A DNA stretch of 63,957 nucleotides, counting the filler, from Octopus bimaculoides (lineage: Eukaryota), in assembly GCF_001194135.2 (NCBI RefSeq). It is 3 parts of 3 records of this genome, joined end to end, with 100 filler letters (N's around TTAATTAATTAA, not from the genome) between each part and the next. Parts side by side here need not be neighbours in the genome. Positions count along the whole stretch, not along the records: positions 20,163 to 38,830 come from NC_069007.1; 2 more parts are not named here. One strand, written 5' to 3'. Positions 25,900-37,112 of the stretch are shown piece after piece. Each line of letters begins with the position of its first letter. The first letter of the stretch is position 1. The translations under genes were made by a program, and so were the position numbers. The notes under the pieces are model-generated. The model ran no database searches, had not been told where the DNA came from, and worked only from the letters and a program-made list of their open reading frames with translations.

Positions 25900-26660
25900 A
25901 ATGTGTTGGGTGCCTCCTGTGCGGCGCTAGCAAAAGTGCTCTTACCTAGCACCAATATGGGTCCTTTCATATGGAATCAGTGGGGTGCTTCTGTATGGCA
26001 CAGACATGGGTGCTTTTATGTGGCACTAACATGAGTATACTCTATCGTGACACCAGAACAGGTGCTTTTGCTTGCTAGCAGCAAGGGTACTTTTAAGTGG
26101 CACCAGCATGGGCACGTTTATGTGACACTGGCGCGGGTGATTCTACAAAGCACCGGCACAGGTGTTTTTATGTGACACCAGCTTTGAAGGGTTTTGAACC
26201 AGTGTGTGTGTGTGTTAATTATATTGGCATGATGACTCTCCCTAGACACAGTTATTTTTTATTCTTTACTTGTTTCACTCATCGCACTGTGGCCATGCTG
26301 GGGCACCACCTAGAAGGGTTTAGTTGAACAGATCAACCCCAGTACTTATTATTGATATGCCATCAAAGTGACACTGGGGTAAAATATATGAAGCTCAGTA
26401 TACCCATCATGACTGCCCGTCTGATACGGTTACACTAGGCATTTTTACGTGGCACCAGCACAGGCACTTTTCCGTGGCACCTGCATCGTTGGCACTGGCG
26501 CAGCTGCTTTTATGTGTCACCGGCAAGGGCACTTTTATGTGGCACTGGAATGGGTTCTTTTACATGACACCAGCACAGGCACTTTTACATGGCACCAGTA
26601 TGGGTGCTTGTATGTGGCACCAGCACAGATGCTTTCACGTGGTACCAGTACCAAGCCTGC
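25900..26660. repeat. Degenerate ~21-26-nt minisatellite (gtgcttttatgtggcaccagcaca), interrupted at ~26196-26440
   Basis: More than 15 recognisable units; the same motif is the variable tail of family C. Confidence 0.75.
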
Positions 26661-27789
26661 AAGATATGGACTTTTCAGCTGAGAGAGGGATGTAGAGAAC
26701 GTGCCTCTTCGTATAAACAGCCACAATTTTATTTAGCTTGATGTGTCTTCAAATTTTGGCACAAGGCTTGCTAGTTTGGGGGAGGGGGTAAGATGATTAC
26801 ATTGACCCCCACTGCTCAACTGGTCCTTATTTTATCGACCCTGAAAGGATGAAATAGAAAGCTGACCTCTGTGGAATTTGAACTCAGAATGTAAAGACGG
26901 ATCTAAGAAGATAATATTGGTTCCAAATTTTGGTTCCAGGCCAGCAATTTCAGGGATTTCTTTCAGTCTCCACCTACCAAATCCACACACAGGGCATTGG
27001 TCAAGCAGGGGCGTTAGTAGAAGAAACTTGCCCAAGGTGCCATACAGTGGGACTGAACCCAGAATCACATGGTTTCAAAGCAAGATTCTTAACCATGCGG
27101 CCATGTCTGTGCCTTCTGAGAAAAAAAACAAACAAAAAAAAAATAGAGCAAATTTGATAATAATGTTCTAAGTATATAACAATTGCAGGATGGTCATATA
27201 TGGAACTCCTTTGCTCATAGATTTGCTTGACCAGAGTTGAATTGAGCTGAACAACAACAATAATAATCAATGAAGCATGTGACCGCAATCCTAAAACAGT
27301 TTGATGCTTTGTTAAAATATAATTAAAATAATAAGTTGATGACAGCTGGAACGATAATTACATGATGAATTGTGTTTCTAGGCCAAATATAATTATATAT
27401 TTTGGTATATGCTAATAAAAGACATTTAATCCACTAGAAATAGCAACCAAATCACCTGAAATCACACTACAGTTTTTTTTGTTTTTTTAGGTCTGTTGTA
27501 TATCGTAATTATCATCATCATCATCATCATCATCGTTGTTGTTGTTGTTTAACATCCATTTTCCATGCTTTAGTGGGTCTGTGGCTACCACATGTTAATT
27601 TCCATGTGTCCTCAAGATCAGTGGATCTAGTTAAACGATCTTTAGTAATACCCTGCCCGAAGAAACATCTACAATAGTAATAAAGCAAAAAAAGTATTCA
27701 AATACAGAATTATTGAGAGGAATTTTAAATTTATTACGGAGATGCACTTGCATAGCAAGTGACCTGATCTGAGATCGTGTGCTGGAACG

Positions 27790-27969
27790 AAAACAATTGC
27801 AGCGTGGAAGGTGTTTATAAGCCATTTAGAATAACACACAAAATCCGTTAGATTCACTTCAACATTTCAACATTTAAATTTAAATTTAAATTTAAATGTT
27901 GAAGTGAATCTAACGGATTTTGTGTTATTTTAAATGGCTTATAAACACCTTCCACGCTGCAATTGTTTT
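27790..27969. repeat. 180-bp near-perfect palindrome centred on (AAATTT)n
   Basis: aaaacaattgcagcgtggaagg..cttcaacattt / aaatgttgaag..ccttccacgctgcaattgtttt. Confidence 0.95.
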
Positions 27970-28194
27970 AAATTTATATTATATGAATATGAAAGTCAGA
28001 ACCTAAATGATGATGTGTGATGTAGAAACATATGTTGCAATACACAATTTAAACCTATGGATTTACATTCTTTTGTTGTTATTGTGTGAAAGAGCGGTGC
28101 ACACCATCAGATATACAAAGCCCAATATACCCATAATGACTACCTGTCTGATTAGGGTACATCAGGCACATGCATCATATGTGTGTGACATGGT

Positions 28195-28434
28195 GATATC
28201 ATCATCATCATCATCATCGTTTAACGTCCGCTTTCCATGCTAGCATGGGTTGGACGATTTGACTGAGGACTGGTGAAACCGGATGGCAACACCAGGCTCC
28301 AGTCTGATTTGGCAGAGTTTCTACAGCTGGATGCCCTTCCTAACGCCAACCACTCAGAGAGTGTAGTGGGTGCTTTTACGTGTCACCCGCACGAAAACGG
28401 CCACGCTCGAAATGGTGTCTTTTATGTGCCACCT
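28195..28434 (-). mobile_element. Retroposon family C with (GAT)n tail (RTE-3'-end-like)
   Basis: (cat)n-cgtttaacgtccgctttccatgctagcatgggttgg..ggatgcccttcctaacgccaaccac. Copies at about 2826-3110, 8583-8770, 12150-12430, 25745-25930, 30545-30827. Confidence 0.75.
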
Positions 28435-29344
28435 NNNNNNNNNNNNNNNNNNNNNNNNNNNNNNNNNNNNNNNNNNNNNNNNNNNNNNNNNNNNNNNNNN
28501 NNNNNNNNNNNNNNNNNNNNNNNNNNNNNNNNNNNNNNNNNNNNNNNNNNNNNNNNNNNNNNNNNNNNNNNNNNNNNNNNNNNNNNNNNNNNNNNNNNNN
28601 NNNNNNNNNNNNNNNNNNNNNNNNNNNNNNNNNNNNNNNNNNNNNNNNNNNNNNNNNNNNNNTGAAAAAGAGTTGTTTAAGGTTGTTAAATGAAACACCC
28701 ATGTCTCCAGAGGTGAATTATCCAAACCCCAAAGAATTCCTTTCAACACATGACTATGATGCTCCCCGACTACTTCTGCTCATGATCAGAGATGCACATA
28801 TCGTCAGCCACCAAGGGACATGCTCAACTGGTTAAGGTCAAACAACTGACAAGCAAATCTGTGGTATTAAGCAGAATATTTGCTGTAACCCATCTTTTAT
28901 ACCAAGACAAAACAATGTACATGATAACACTTCCAATCAATTAAGATCAGAAGCCATGAGAGCCACTGCCTGGTACTGCATAATTATTGTTGTTATTATT
29001 ATGAGAGATCTTTTTATGAGTAAGAGAGCATATGGAACAATATTTCCACATAATCCATTTTTCTTTTCCTTTTAAGTGTCCTTTTTGTTGTAGATAGCAC
29101 CATTTCACTCTTCTTTTGGGCTCTTCAGTACAACATAACTTGAGATCATGAAATTAGTTGGTCTATATTCATGTAAAACCTTTAGGAATTATATATGATT
29201 GATTTTCTTTTTTTCTCTGTTTTCTTACTCTCTTAACAGTGGAGAAAAGTTGTGAATAGTCAGAGGCGGGGAAATGAAAGCCCTAGAGTCATTTAAAAGT
29301 AACATTACACTTAGATATGATTGTTCTTTTGTTTATCTTTACAG

Positions 29345-29545
29345 GGATCACAGAACAGAATGAAGAACTCATTAAATGGTGTATAAATACGTCTTCAATG
29401 GAAAAGAAAATCAGACTTGCTGCCAGGCAGATGTTTGGCTCTCTCAACAAGACCCACAAAGAAGTGTTGAGCAAGGATGAGTATATGAAAGCCATAAAGG
29501 AAATCCCAGGGGATGAACAGGCACGGAAATTATTGGCTGCAGCAG
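29345..29545 (+). CDS. WFS1: Wolframin, coding exon 2 (GITEQNEELIKWC...RKLLAAA-G)
   Basis: Acceptor tttacag|, donor G|GTAATG; 201 nt, phase 1-1. GITEQNE..EKKIRLAARQMF matches human GITSENE..ERAVRKAALVMY (recalled). Confidence 0.92.
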
Positions 29546-30369
29546 GTAATGGGGTCTGGGATGTATGTGTATGTGGCGGGGGGGGGGGCTGCTCATAATT
29601 GTTGTTGTTGTTATGGTGGTGGTGTTGCTGTTGTCGTTGTTGTAGTTGCTTTTGTTGTTGTTGTTATTATTATTATGTTTATGTCTTATTCAACAGATAG
29701 AGGGCAGCACCTCTGACTTTTTGTAGGGTCTTTTAAGGTGCAAAGGAAAGGAACAGAATGGAAGACAGCAAGAACCCATAATTCATGGCATTGCTTCTAA
29801 AGAATACCAAAATATTAGAATCTTTTCTGTTTGGCTGCCACTTTCCAATTTCTTAAAATTCTGATCCAATTGATTTAAAATTTGGTGTATTGATGTAGTT
29901 TTGTATGCTAGTTATTGACATGAAATTCATTTTCACCATAGATCAATAAATAAATAGCACCTTATGAACCAGGTTCAAATCCTACAGAGCCCACCTCCAG
30001 TTTTCATCATTCCAGGGTCAATAAATAGAAACCATTCTAGAGCAGTGGAATGGCACAATTCTTATGGTACCTTGTAGTGATTGTTTCAGTTCTTTGTATT
30101 CTGAGTTCAAATCCTACAAGAGCCTGCTTGGCTGTTAGACCTAACCATCACTGTGTCAATTAAATTTTCGCTGGTGATGTCACATGCAAATCATATGCAA
30201 ATCAGGTCTTGTGATATCTCTCTCTATTGGCCAATACAAAAATATAATGTGTGTACATTGTCATTTGAATTGTTGAGAATTCCGTAAAGTACCCCAATAC
30301 CGGAAATGAGTTAAATCAGTTCCTGTACATTAAGGGTTAATCTTAACCCTTCTTTTTCTTCTGTGATAG

Positions 30370-30509
30370 GTAAGAAGATTGGTGATGCCATCTCTGAAGA
30401 TGCTTTCGTAAAGACCATCTCCAAGAAGATCCAAGGAAAGATTAATTTGACTGAGGAAGAAGCAGCTGAACAGTCTGAGGTGTACAAGAGATCAAGCATT
30501 TGGTCAAAG
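30370..30509 (+). CDS. WFS1: Wolframin, coding exon 3 (GKKIGDAISEDAFVKTISKKIQG...SIWSK)
   Basis: Pyrimidine-rich acceptor ...ctgtgatag|, donor AAG|GTAAGA; 140 nt, phase 1-0, restores frame into exon 4. Resembles human IALDDFVEITKKYAKG (recalled). Confidence 0.9.
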
Positions 30510-31062
30510 GTAAGACAAATGTCCATCATCACTGTTATCATCAACATCAACATCATCAACATCATTTAACACGTTTTTCATGCTGGCATGGGTTGGACAG
30601 CTTGACAGGAACTAACAAGGCCAGGGGCTGCTCCAAGTTCCATTGTCTGTTTCGGTTTGGTTTCTATGGTTGGATGCCCTTCCTAATGCCAACCACTCCA
30701 CAGAGTGTACAAAGTGCTTTTTACATGGTACCATCACCAGAGTTTTTTACATGGCACCAGAACCACTGCATGTTTCATGGCATCGGCATCCACACCAATG
30801 CTTTTTATGTGGCACCTTGGTTTTCAGNNNNNNNNNNNNNNNNNNNNNNNNNNNNNNNNNNNNNNNNNNNNNNNNNNNNNNNNNNNNNNNNNNNNNNNNN
30901 NNNNNNNNNNNNNNNNNNNNNNNNNNNNNNNNNNNNNNNNNNNNNNNNNNNNNNNNNNNNNNNNNNNNNNNNNNNNNNNNNNNGCACATGCACACTGACA
31001 TTGTACATTCAGCTGACCATACCTTATTTATTCATACATTTGTTTAGTCAAAGGTAGAAAGG

Positions 31063-31100
<38 letters not shown>

Positions 31101-31310
31101 GATTATTAAGGTGGCAGAATTGTTAGCACACTGGGCGAAATGTTTAGTGGTATTTTATCTGTCACTACTTTCTGAGTTCAAATTCTGCCAAGGTCGACTT
31201 TGCCTTTCATCCTTTCAGGGTCAATAAACCAGTCAAGTACTGGAATCGATGTGATCAACTTAGCCCCCTCCCCACAAATTTCAGGCTTTGTTCTTATTGT
31301 AGAAAGGATT

Positions 31311-32225
31311 AACGTAGACCCAGGTTGGGTGTTTGGCATCTAGAATGTTACCAGGTGCTCACTGCATTGTATCAGCTGCCCAAAACCATTAGCAGGAAAA
31401 CAACCCATGATTTCTATAGGGGGCCAGTTGAGGGTATGAGTGATGATGGCCTAGGATTGAATCTGGGCATCGACGACAACGGTCTGAGTAGTCTCTTCCA
31501 GAGGACCTTTGGGTTGAAAATCATAGACAATTTCCAAAATTCTTTGGCTTGATAGTGCTACAGAGGAGCATTGCCCGTTTGAGACAAACTCTTCAGGCAT
31601 GGAAGTGCCAACAGCTGAACCTGCCTGAGATGCTTGCAAGAGGTACGAAACCGTCCCGCATACAATAATTCAGTGTCCTTGCATTAGAGAGTTGTGGGGT
31701 TATGTGGAGCAGCTGTTGTCACATGTAAAACGAATTCAGCTGTCTGCCAAGTGTGTAGGGAAGATCGATGCACCACCTTCTCTTAGCAGAGAAGGAAGGC
31801 AAACCTTTCTCTGCTTAGTGGCCGTGGCAAAAGAAGCTGTGTGGTGGACCCGTTTGAAAGGTTTGAAGACAGATACTTCCCTACTTGGCCAAGCCCTCAT
31901 CAGTTGCTTCAAATATCATTTGAAGGGGGAAGGTGAGGGTAGAGAGGGAGGTGCTGCCTTTTAATGTGTTTATCAAAAGATGGTCGACAGTGACAAAACT
32001 GGGTGAGACTGAATGGATCGACTCTGAACATGCTTTTCTAAGCAAGAGGAAAGAAACTGGAAGAGGGCACTTTCCCATGCCTTGGGGACGGCAGAGTAAT
32101 CTGGGATTTTTCATGGGGTTTACTCCGGATTACCGTAAGTGGACTGCCCCGCTATTGGAAATTCTATTTATTTATTATTTATTTCTTTACTTTCTATTAT
32201 ATATCCTCTGTTATATCCTTTAATG
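31311..32225 (+). mobile_element. Decayed L1/Tx1-like LINE 3' end (post-RT, zf-RVT-like region)
   Basis: FYRG..FQRTFG..NFQNSLA..YRGALPV.DKLFRHG..CLRC..WGYVEQLL..FKYHLK..VRVERE; homologous to 59190-59980. Confidence 0.7.
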
Positions 32226-32407
32226 TTGAAGTATCTCCCCTTGATTGATGTTGACCCCACATATTTTTATGCTGTAACTCATCCTTCAATATTGTCCTCC
32301 ATGTCTTGGGCCCTTGTGGCCAATAAATGAAATTGTAATTATTAATATTATTGTTATTGTAGTTGTTGTTGGTGTTGTCATTATTATTATTATTACTCTA
32401 CTTTTAG

Positions 32408-34171
32408 ATTATGAAACATCCGATGACTACGATCAAAGTTTGTGTCCAGCACGTGTTGGAAGTGGCATCAACTCGAGGAACCAGTTGGCTGCTCTCTCTC
32501 ATCCCAACCCGACAAATCTATTTTATGTTGCTGCTCTTCGTCTACAGTTTCATCACTCCAGACCTTATTTTATTTATTTTCCCCCTCTTCTTCTTCTACC
32601 TTTCTATTGCCGCCATGATAATTTCTACCTTGCAGATGTTCTACAGTCGGCAGAAGCTTTCGGAAACAGCTCGGCTGACGTCTGTGTTGAAGAATTTTGA
32701 GATTGGCGTCGACATTGAAAATGTCGAGTCCCAGTTCTGCTGGAATTCTATGGCGCCGTATATAGTCTTTTTCCTGTCAGTTTTTACTACGGTTTTTAAT
32801 TTTTCTCTGGCCGACAAATTGTACATACCATGTTCGGAGTTTTGTGTTATCTCTCTGCTGTTAGCCATTAGTTGTTTTATTGCATTAAGTGACAGCTATG
32901 ACCACTTGACCTTAGCATGTCTGGCCACCAACTTATTTGCCTCCCTTCCGACACTTATGAAAAATTTCCCAGACATCCCTGTTGTAGTCCAACTCCTCCA
33001 GTTCATCTCGTCTCCGTTGTTTGTGATCCACATTGGACTCGGATTCAACTTCAACTTCAGCCTCCCGTCTGCTGCTTTCATCACCCTCCTCTTCCTCTTC
33101 ATGTTCATGGCCAGGAAGAAATCCTGGCAAGGATTCTACCGAGTCCTCATTCCTCACCTGGTCTGCTATTTTTGGTGGAACTTTGCGATAATACTCTTTA
33201 CTTACACCACCTGGTGGACCTTGGCTCGTGCCACCGTCGGTTACCTCATGCTGCCTCTGTTAGTGCCACTTTCGTTCTTGACTGCTTGCCTGTCGGTTCT
33301 CTACTTCATTTTCAAAATTGTCCAATCAGCGGTGTTCGGTAAAATTCTGACGACTGCTATTCTGCTCGGGATTCCACTTGGTCTCACGCAAAGCCATCTT
33401 TTGCTTGGAGACCAAATTAACTCGAAATACCGAGTCGCAAAACGAATTGCAATTGCCATTTTCTGCGTCGTTGCTATTGTTCCGTTGTTCTTCATTCAGA
33501 TTCCTGCGATGCACGAAGAGACTCAGAGTCAGTTGACATGGCCTGAATACATGCAACGTTGCAGCAGTATTCCTCCAGGTGAGACCAAAGCGACGACTGC
33601 AATACGCTGCTCGCACCTGCAAGGAATAAAAGTCGCATGGAACGGTACAATTGAAGACATAACCATTACAAAAGTGGAGAATTCGGCAGAGAAATTTCTT
33701 GAAAGTATACCACTGTTTATAGCAAACCACTTACGCTGTGCCTACGGAGAAGCTTATGAGTGTAAGGAAGAAAACTTTGAGAATACCGTCGACTACGAAC
33801 ATTGCCAGCAAATGATGTCTCTAGGCCGGACCTGTCACCTCAAAGAATATGATTACTATACGTTTAAGGTATTTGTTACCATGCAAGGATCTTACATTCA
33901 ATGTTCGCTGCTGGCAGATTACCGTTTCCAAGACCAGCTGCTGACTTTACGAGTTGGAGACCGTGTAAGATTCATTGGCCTGATAGCACAAAATTTGGCG
34001 CTGGGTGACCCTATTCTTCATCTCCGCCACATATCTACTGAAGACCGAGATTTGCCTCAGATGATAGAGATTAACGAAATCCAAGATATTTTCCGAATGA
34101 AGTTAGTCGAGATGTTATCAATATTGGTGCGATTCTTCATGTTCCCTTTGTTTGAGTTTGCTTACAATTAG
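32408..34171 (+). CDS. WFS1: Wolframin, large terminal coding exon (multi-pass TM region plus luminal domain), stop TAG
   Basis: Uninterrupted 587-codon frame after acceptor cttttag|. Motifs IPCSEF, LIPHLVCYFWW, ARATVGY, LTWPEY..RC, RCSHLQG, NSAEKFLESIPLFI, RCAYGE, CHLKEYDYY and terminal FFMFPLF are diagnostic of wolframin. Confidence 0.97.
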   Translation: MMKHPMTTIKVCVQHVLEVASTRGTSWLLSLIPTRQIYFMLLLFVYSFITPDLILFIFPLFFFYLSIAAMIISTLQMFYSRQKLSETARLTSVLKNFEIGVDIENVESQFCWNSMAPYIVFFLSVFTTVFNFSLADKLYIPCSEFCVISLLLAISCFIALSDSYDHLTLACLATNLFASLPTLMKNFPDIPVVVQLLQFISSPLFVIHIGLGFNFNFSLPSAAFITLLFLFMFMARKKSWQGFYRVLIPHLVCYFWWNFAIILFTYTTWWTLARATVGYLMLPLLVPLSFLTACLSVLYFIFKIVQSAVFGKILTTAILLGIPLGLTQSHLLLGDQINSKYRVAKRIAIAIFCVVAIVPLFFIQIPAMHEETQSQLTWPEYMQRCSSIPPGETKATTAIRCSHLQGIKVAWNGTIEDITITKVENSAEKFLESIPLFIANHLRCAYGEAYECKEENFENTVDYEHCQQMMSLGRTCHLKEYDYYTFKVFVTMQGSYIQCSLLADYRFQDQLLTLRVGDRVRFIGLIAQNLALGDPILHLRHISTEDRDLPQMIEINEIQDIFRMKLVEMLSILVRFFMFPLFEFAYN

Positions 34172-34633
34172 AACTGCTGACGGTAAATTAACTGTTCACA
34201 TTACATATACATATATGTATACACACGTATATGGATACATACACATATATATCCATGTAAGATAGATGTATGTGTGTGTGCATGCATATGCATGTGTGTG
34301 CATACTTATGTATGTACATTCATAAATGTATACATATATATGTATATGTGTGTGTATCTATAAATATATATATATATTTATATATATTTCAATACAGACA
34401 AATAATTCATGAGAAAATATTTGTGAAGGTATCATTGACTCTGTTATTATCTAGTGTAACAATTTTAAAATGATAATAACAAAATCAATAATATACACAT
34501 AAATTAGTAAGCACATGTGTGCACACACAGATAGGTTTATAAACTATATACATATGTGTGTGTGTATGTATATATGCATGCATGTATGTGTTTATGCATA
34601 CATGTATGTACTAGTATGTATGTGTGTATCTAC

Positions 34634-34664
<31 letters not shown>

Positions 34665-34751
34665 CATGCAAATACGTATATAATGTTAGAATTGTATCAT
34701 AATTTATTATAATTTATTAATATTTCCTAACTTTGTTTTGCTGCCTTTATT

Positions 34752-34785
<34 letters not shown>

Positions 34786-35074
34786 GGTGTATATACATAA
34801 TTATACATCATTTGTTAAAAGCACACTTTCATAATATCATGTCATTAAAACTAGGCTGGACTGAATCAAAGACAAACTTTTACAAGAATTTTCGCAAGGA
34901 AAACAAAAGAACTTTCTCTCTGTCTCACCAAAAGTGCACTATATTCTTTAAACTGGAATCGTTTAAGTGTTTGAGTCTGAAATTTCAATCCTAGAACAGC
35001 ATGACTTTCAATAAAGATCAAATAACTTCGGTTAGAACTGGTGCTTTGATCTGTTTTCTTTGAGTTATATATAT

Positions 35075-35850
35075 GATACATCTGCTAAATGAAATTTATT
35101 TGAACTGTTAAGTCTGCTGATGGAATTCCCATGTCTTGAAGTCTGAAGACAGGGATAACTCTAGTTATAAATGGCATTTTTATTAATTTCATTTGTACCA
35201 TAATAAAGTCTGCTTAAAGAAATGGAAGTTCTGCTTAACAAAATTTATCTGGAATTGTTAAATTTGCTGATGGTAGCTCCTGGTCTTGAAGTTTTGATGA
35301 GAATAACTCGAGTTAGGAATGGTATTTTTACCAATTAAATTCATACCAGTCTGCTTAAAGGAATGTAATTTCTGCTTATTGAAATTTGTCTGGAATTGAT
35401 AAAATTTGCTGATGGAGTCCCGTTGTCTTGAAGTCTGAAATCTCAGATAACTCAAATTAGGAATGGAATTTTTACCAAATAAATCTGTATTGGAATAAAG
35501 TCTGCTCAAAGAAATATCAGATCTGTATAATGAAATTTTAGTAGAACCATTAAATTTACTGATGGAATTCCAAAGTTTCGAATTTTGATATATGAAGAAA
35601 ACAGAAAATTTGAGGTAGAAATGGTTGTTTTATCAATTATGCTTGTCATAATAAAGACTGCTCAAAAAAATGTAAGGTTTGCTTGAAGAAATTTGTCTGA
35701 AGTTGTTTAAATTTGTTGATGGACTCTCCATGCTTTGAAGTCTAAATATGGAGATAGTTCTTGTTAGAAATGGAATTTTTACTGATTTAATTTGTGCCAT
35801 GATAAATAAACTCCACTTAAAGAAATGTATCTGGAACTAACTGGAAACAG
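35075..35850. repeat. Degenerate tandem array, ~150-bp unit, ~5 copies
   Basis: Anchor (g/a)(c/t)tgatgg at 35116, 35266, 35408, 35558, 35715; recurring aataaagtctgctyaaagaaat. Confidence 0.88.
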
Positions 35851-36754
35851 CATGTTTAATAAAACTTTTGTGATATAAAAAATATGAAGGATGGAAGCAG
35901 TAAAAATGGTCAGAGGGAATAAAGAAACCTGTTGGGGTTTAAAATGGTTCATTAAAGCAAGAACTATGGCGCTGTAAGTTACTATAAATTTGAATTAAAC
36001 CAAATTGGCAGCAAAAGACAACCATTCAGCTGTTGTCAGAGATTAGTCTTGGATTATAGTACTGCAAGACATTGGATTAGCTTGTTATGAATAGTTTTTG
36101 TGAGTCATCCAGCATGCTAGATATAGCAGTTAAAGTTCTGTCAAGTCTTAAACACACCGGACACACTCAGTAATGTAATGTAGTTTGATACGTCTAAGAA
36201 AATTGAATGCTTATGACTTTAACCTTAGATGACTGCTTGAATGAGGATGACCTAGGGCTAAACAATTGCAAAAACATAACAACAACAGCAGCAGCAACAA
36301 AAGCAAAAACAGGAAACTACAACATTTATATACATGTATCGTTTCAAAGTAAATATCCATCTTTATTGTTTACGTATTTTTTTGTTTCACCAGAGAATAC
36401 AACCACTTCTCTCCCCAAAGGACTCTAGTTTCAGGAATATTGGTGGCCCCTTTAAAGTTGGTGGGATTTAAAATTTATAGAAAATACTTTAAACAGGAAA
36501 AAAAAAAAAAAGTTACACATTTGTATTCTATGCATCTTTATTCTTTATTCTTTAATCTCACCAAATATTACGACGAGATAATTATCTCCCTTGCATTAAC
36601 GGTCAGCAAGGGAGACCCCGTGACTTTGAAGGACGTTGTTGCAGATGATNNNNNNNNNNTGCAGATGATTAATGATTCCATCTTTGAAAAATCTTCAATT
36701 TTTCCAGCTGAAATTATTGGACATATTACCAAAATATATATATATATATACTAT

Positions 36755-37112
36755 TTAATAAACACAATATGTTTTTATGTGCTACTATCAGTTTCATGTG
36801 ATGAAAGCATCTCAGACAGTATTTTTTAACACATCTGGTGCCTTAGCACAATCTTCCGGCAATGTCCACATGGTATAACAAACTAAAAATAGGATGAAAG
36901 AATATACAAGAAAAGGCAAGAAAGAAGTAGATATAAAAGGTGGACTTGTTTTTTCTTTCATCTATTGTCTTATTTTTAGCTTGTTATTCCATGGAGGAAT
37001 TGCCTGAGGATTGTGCTAAAGCACTAGATGTGTTAAAAATTACTGTCTGAGATCCTTTCATCACACGAAACTTATACTAGCACATACAGAAACATATATT
37101 GTACTTATTAAG
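36755..37112. repeat. Long imperfect inverted repeat (~150-bp arms, ~50-nt loop)
   Basis: gtttcatgtgatgaaagcatctcagacagt.. pairs with ..actgtctgagatcctttcatcacacgaaac and continues on both sides. Confidence 0.9.

Noticed and set aside
34757-34785. 29-nt poly(T) as the tail of a minus-strand retrocopy
   Set aside because: No poly(A) signal at the expected distance, no TSD and no recognisable parent.
35075-35850. Array as an intact LRR-coding exon
   Set aside because: Recurrent stops at equivalent positions and non-triplet spacings (142, 157).
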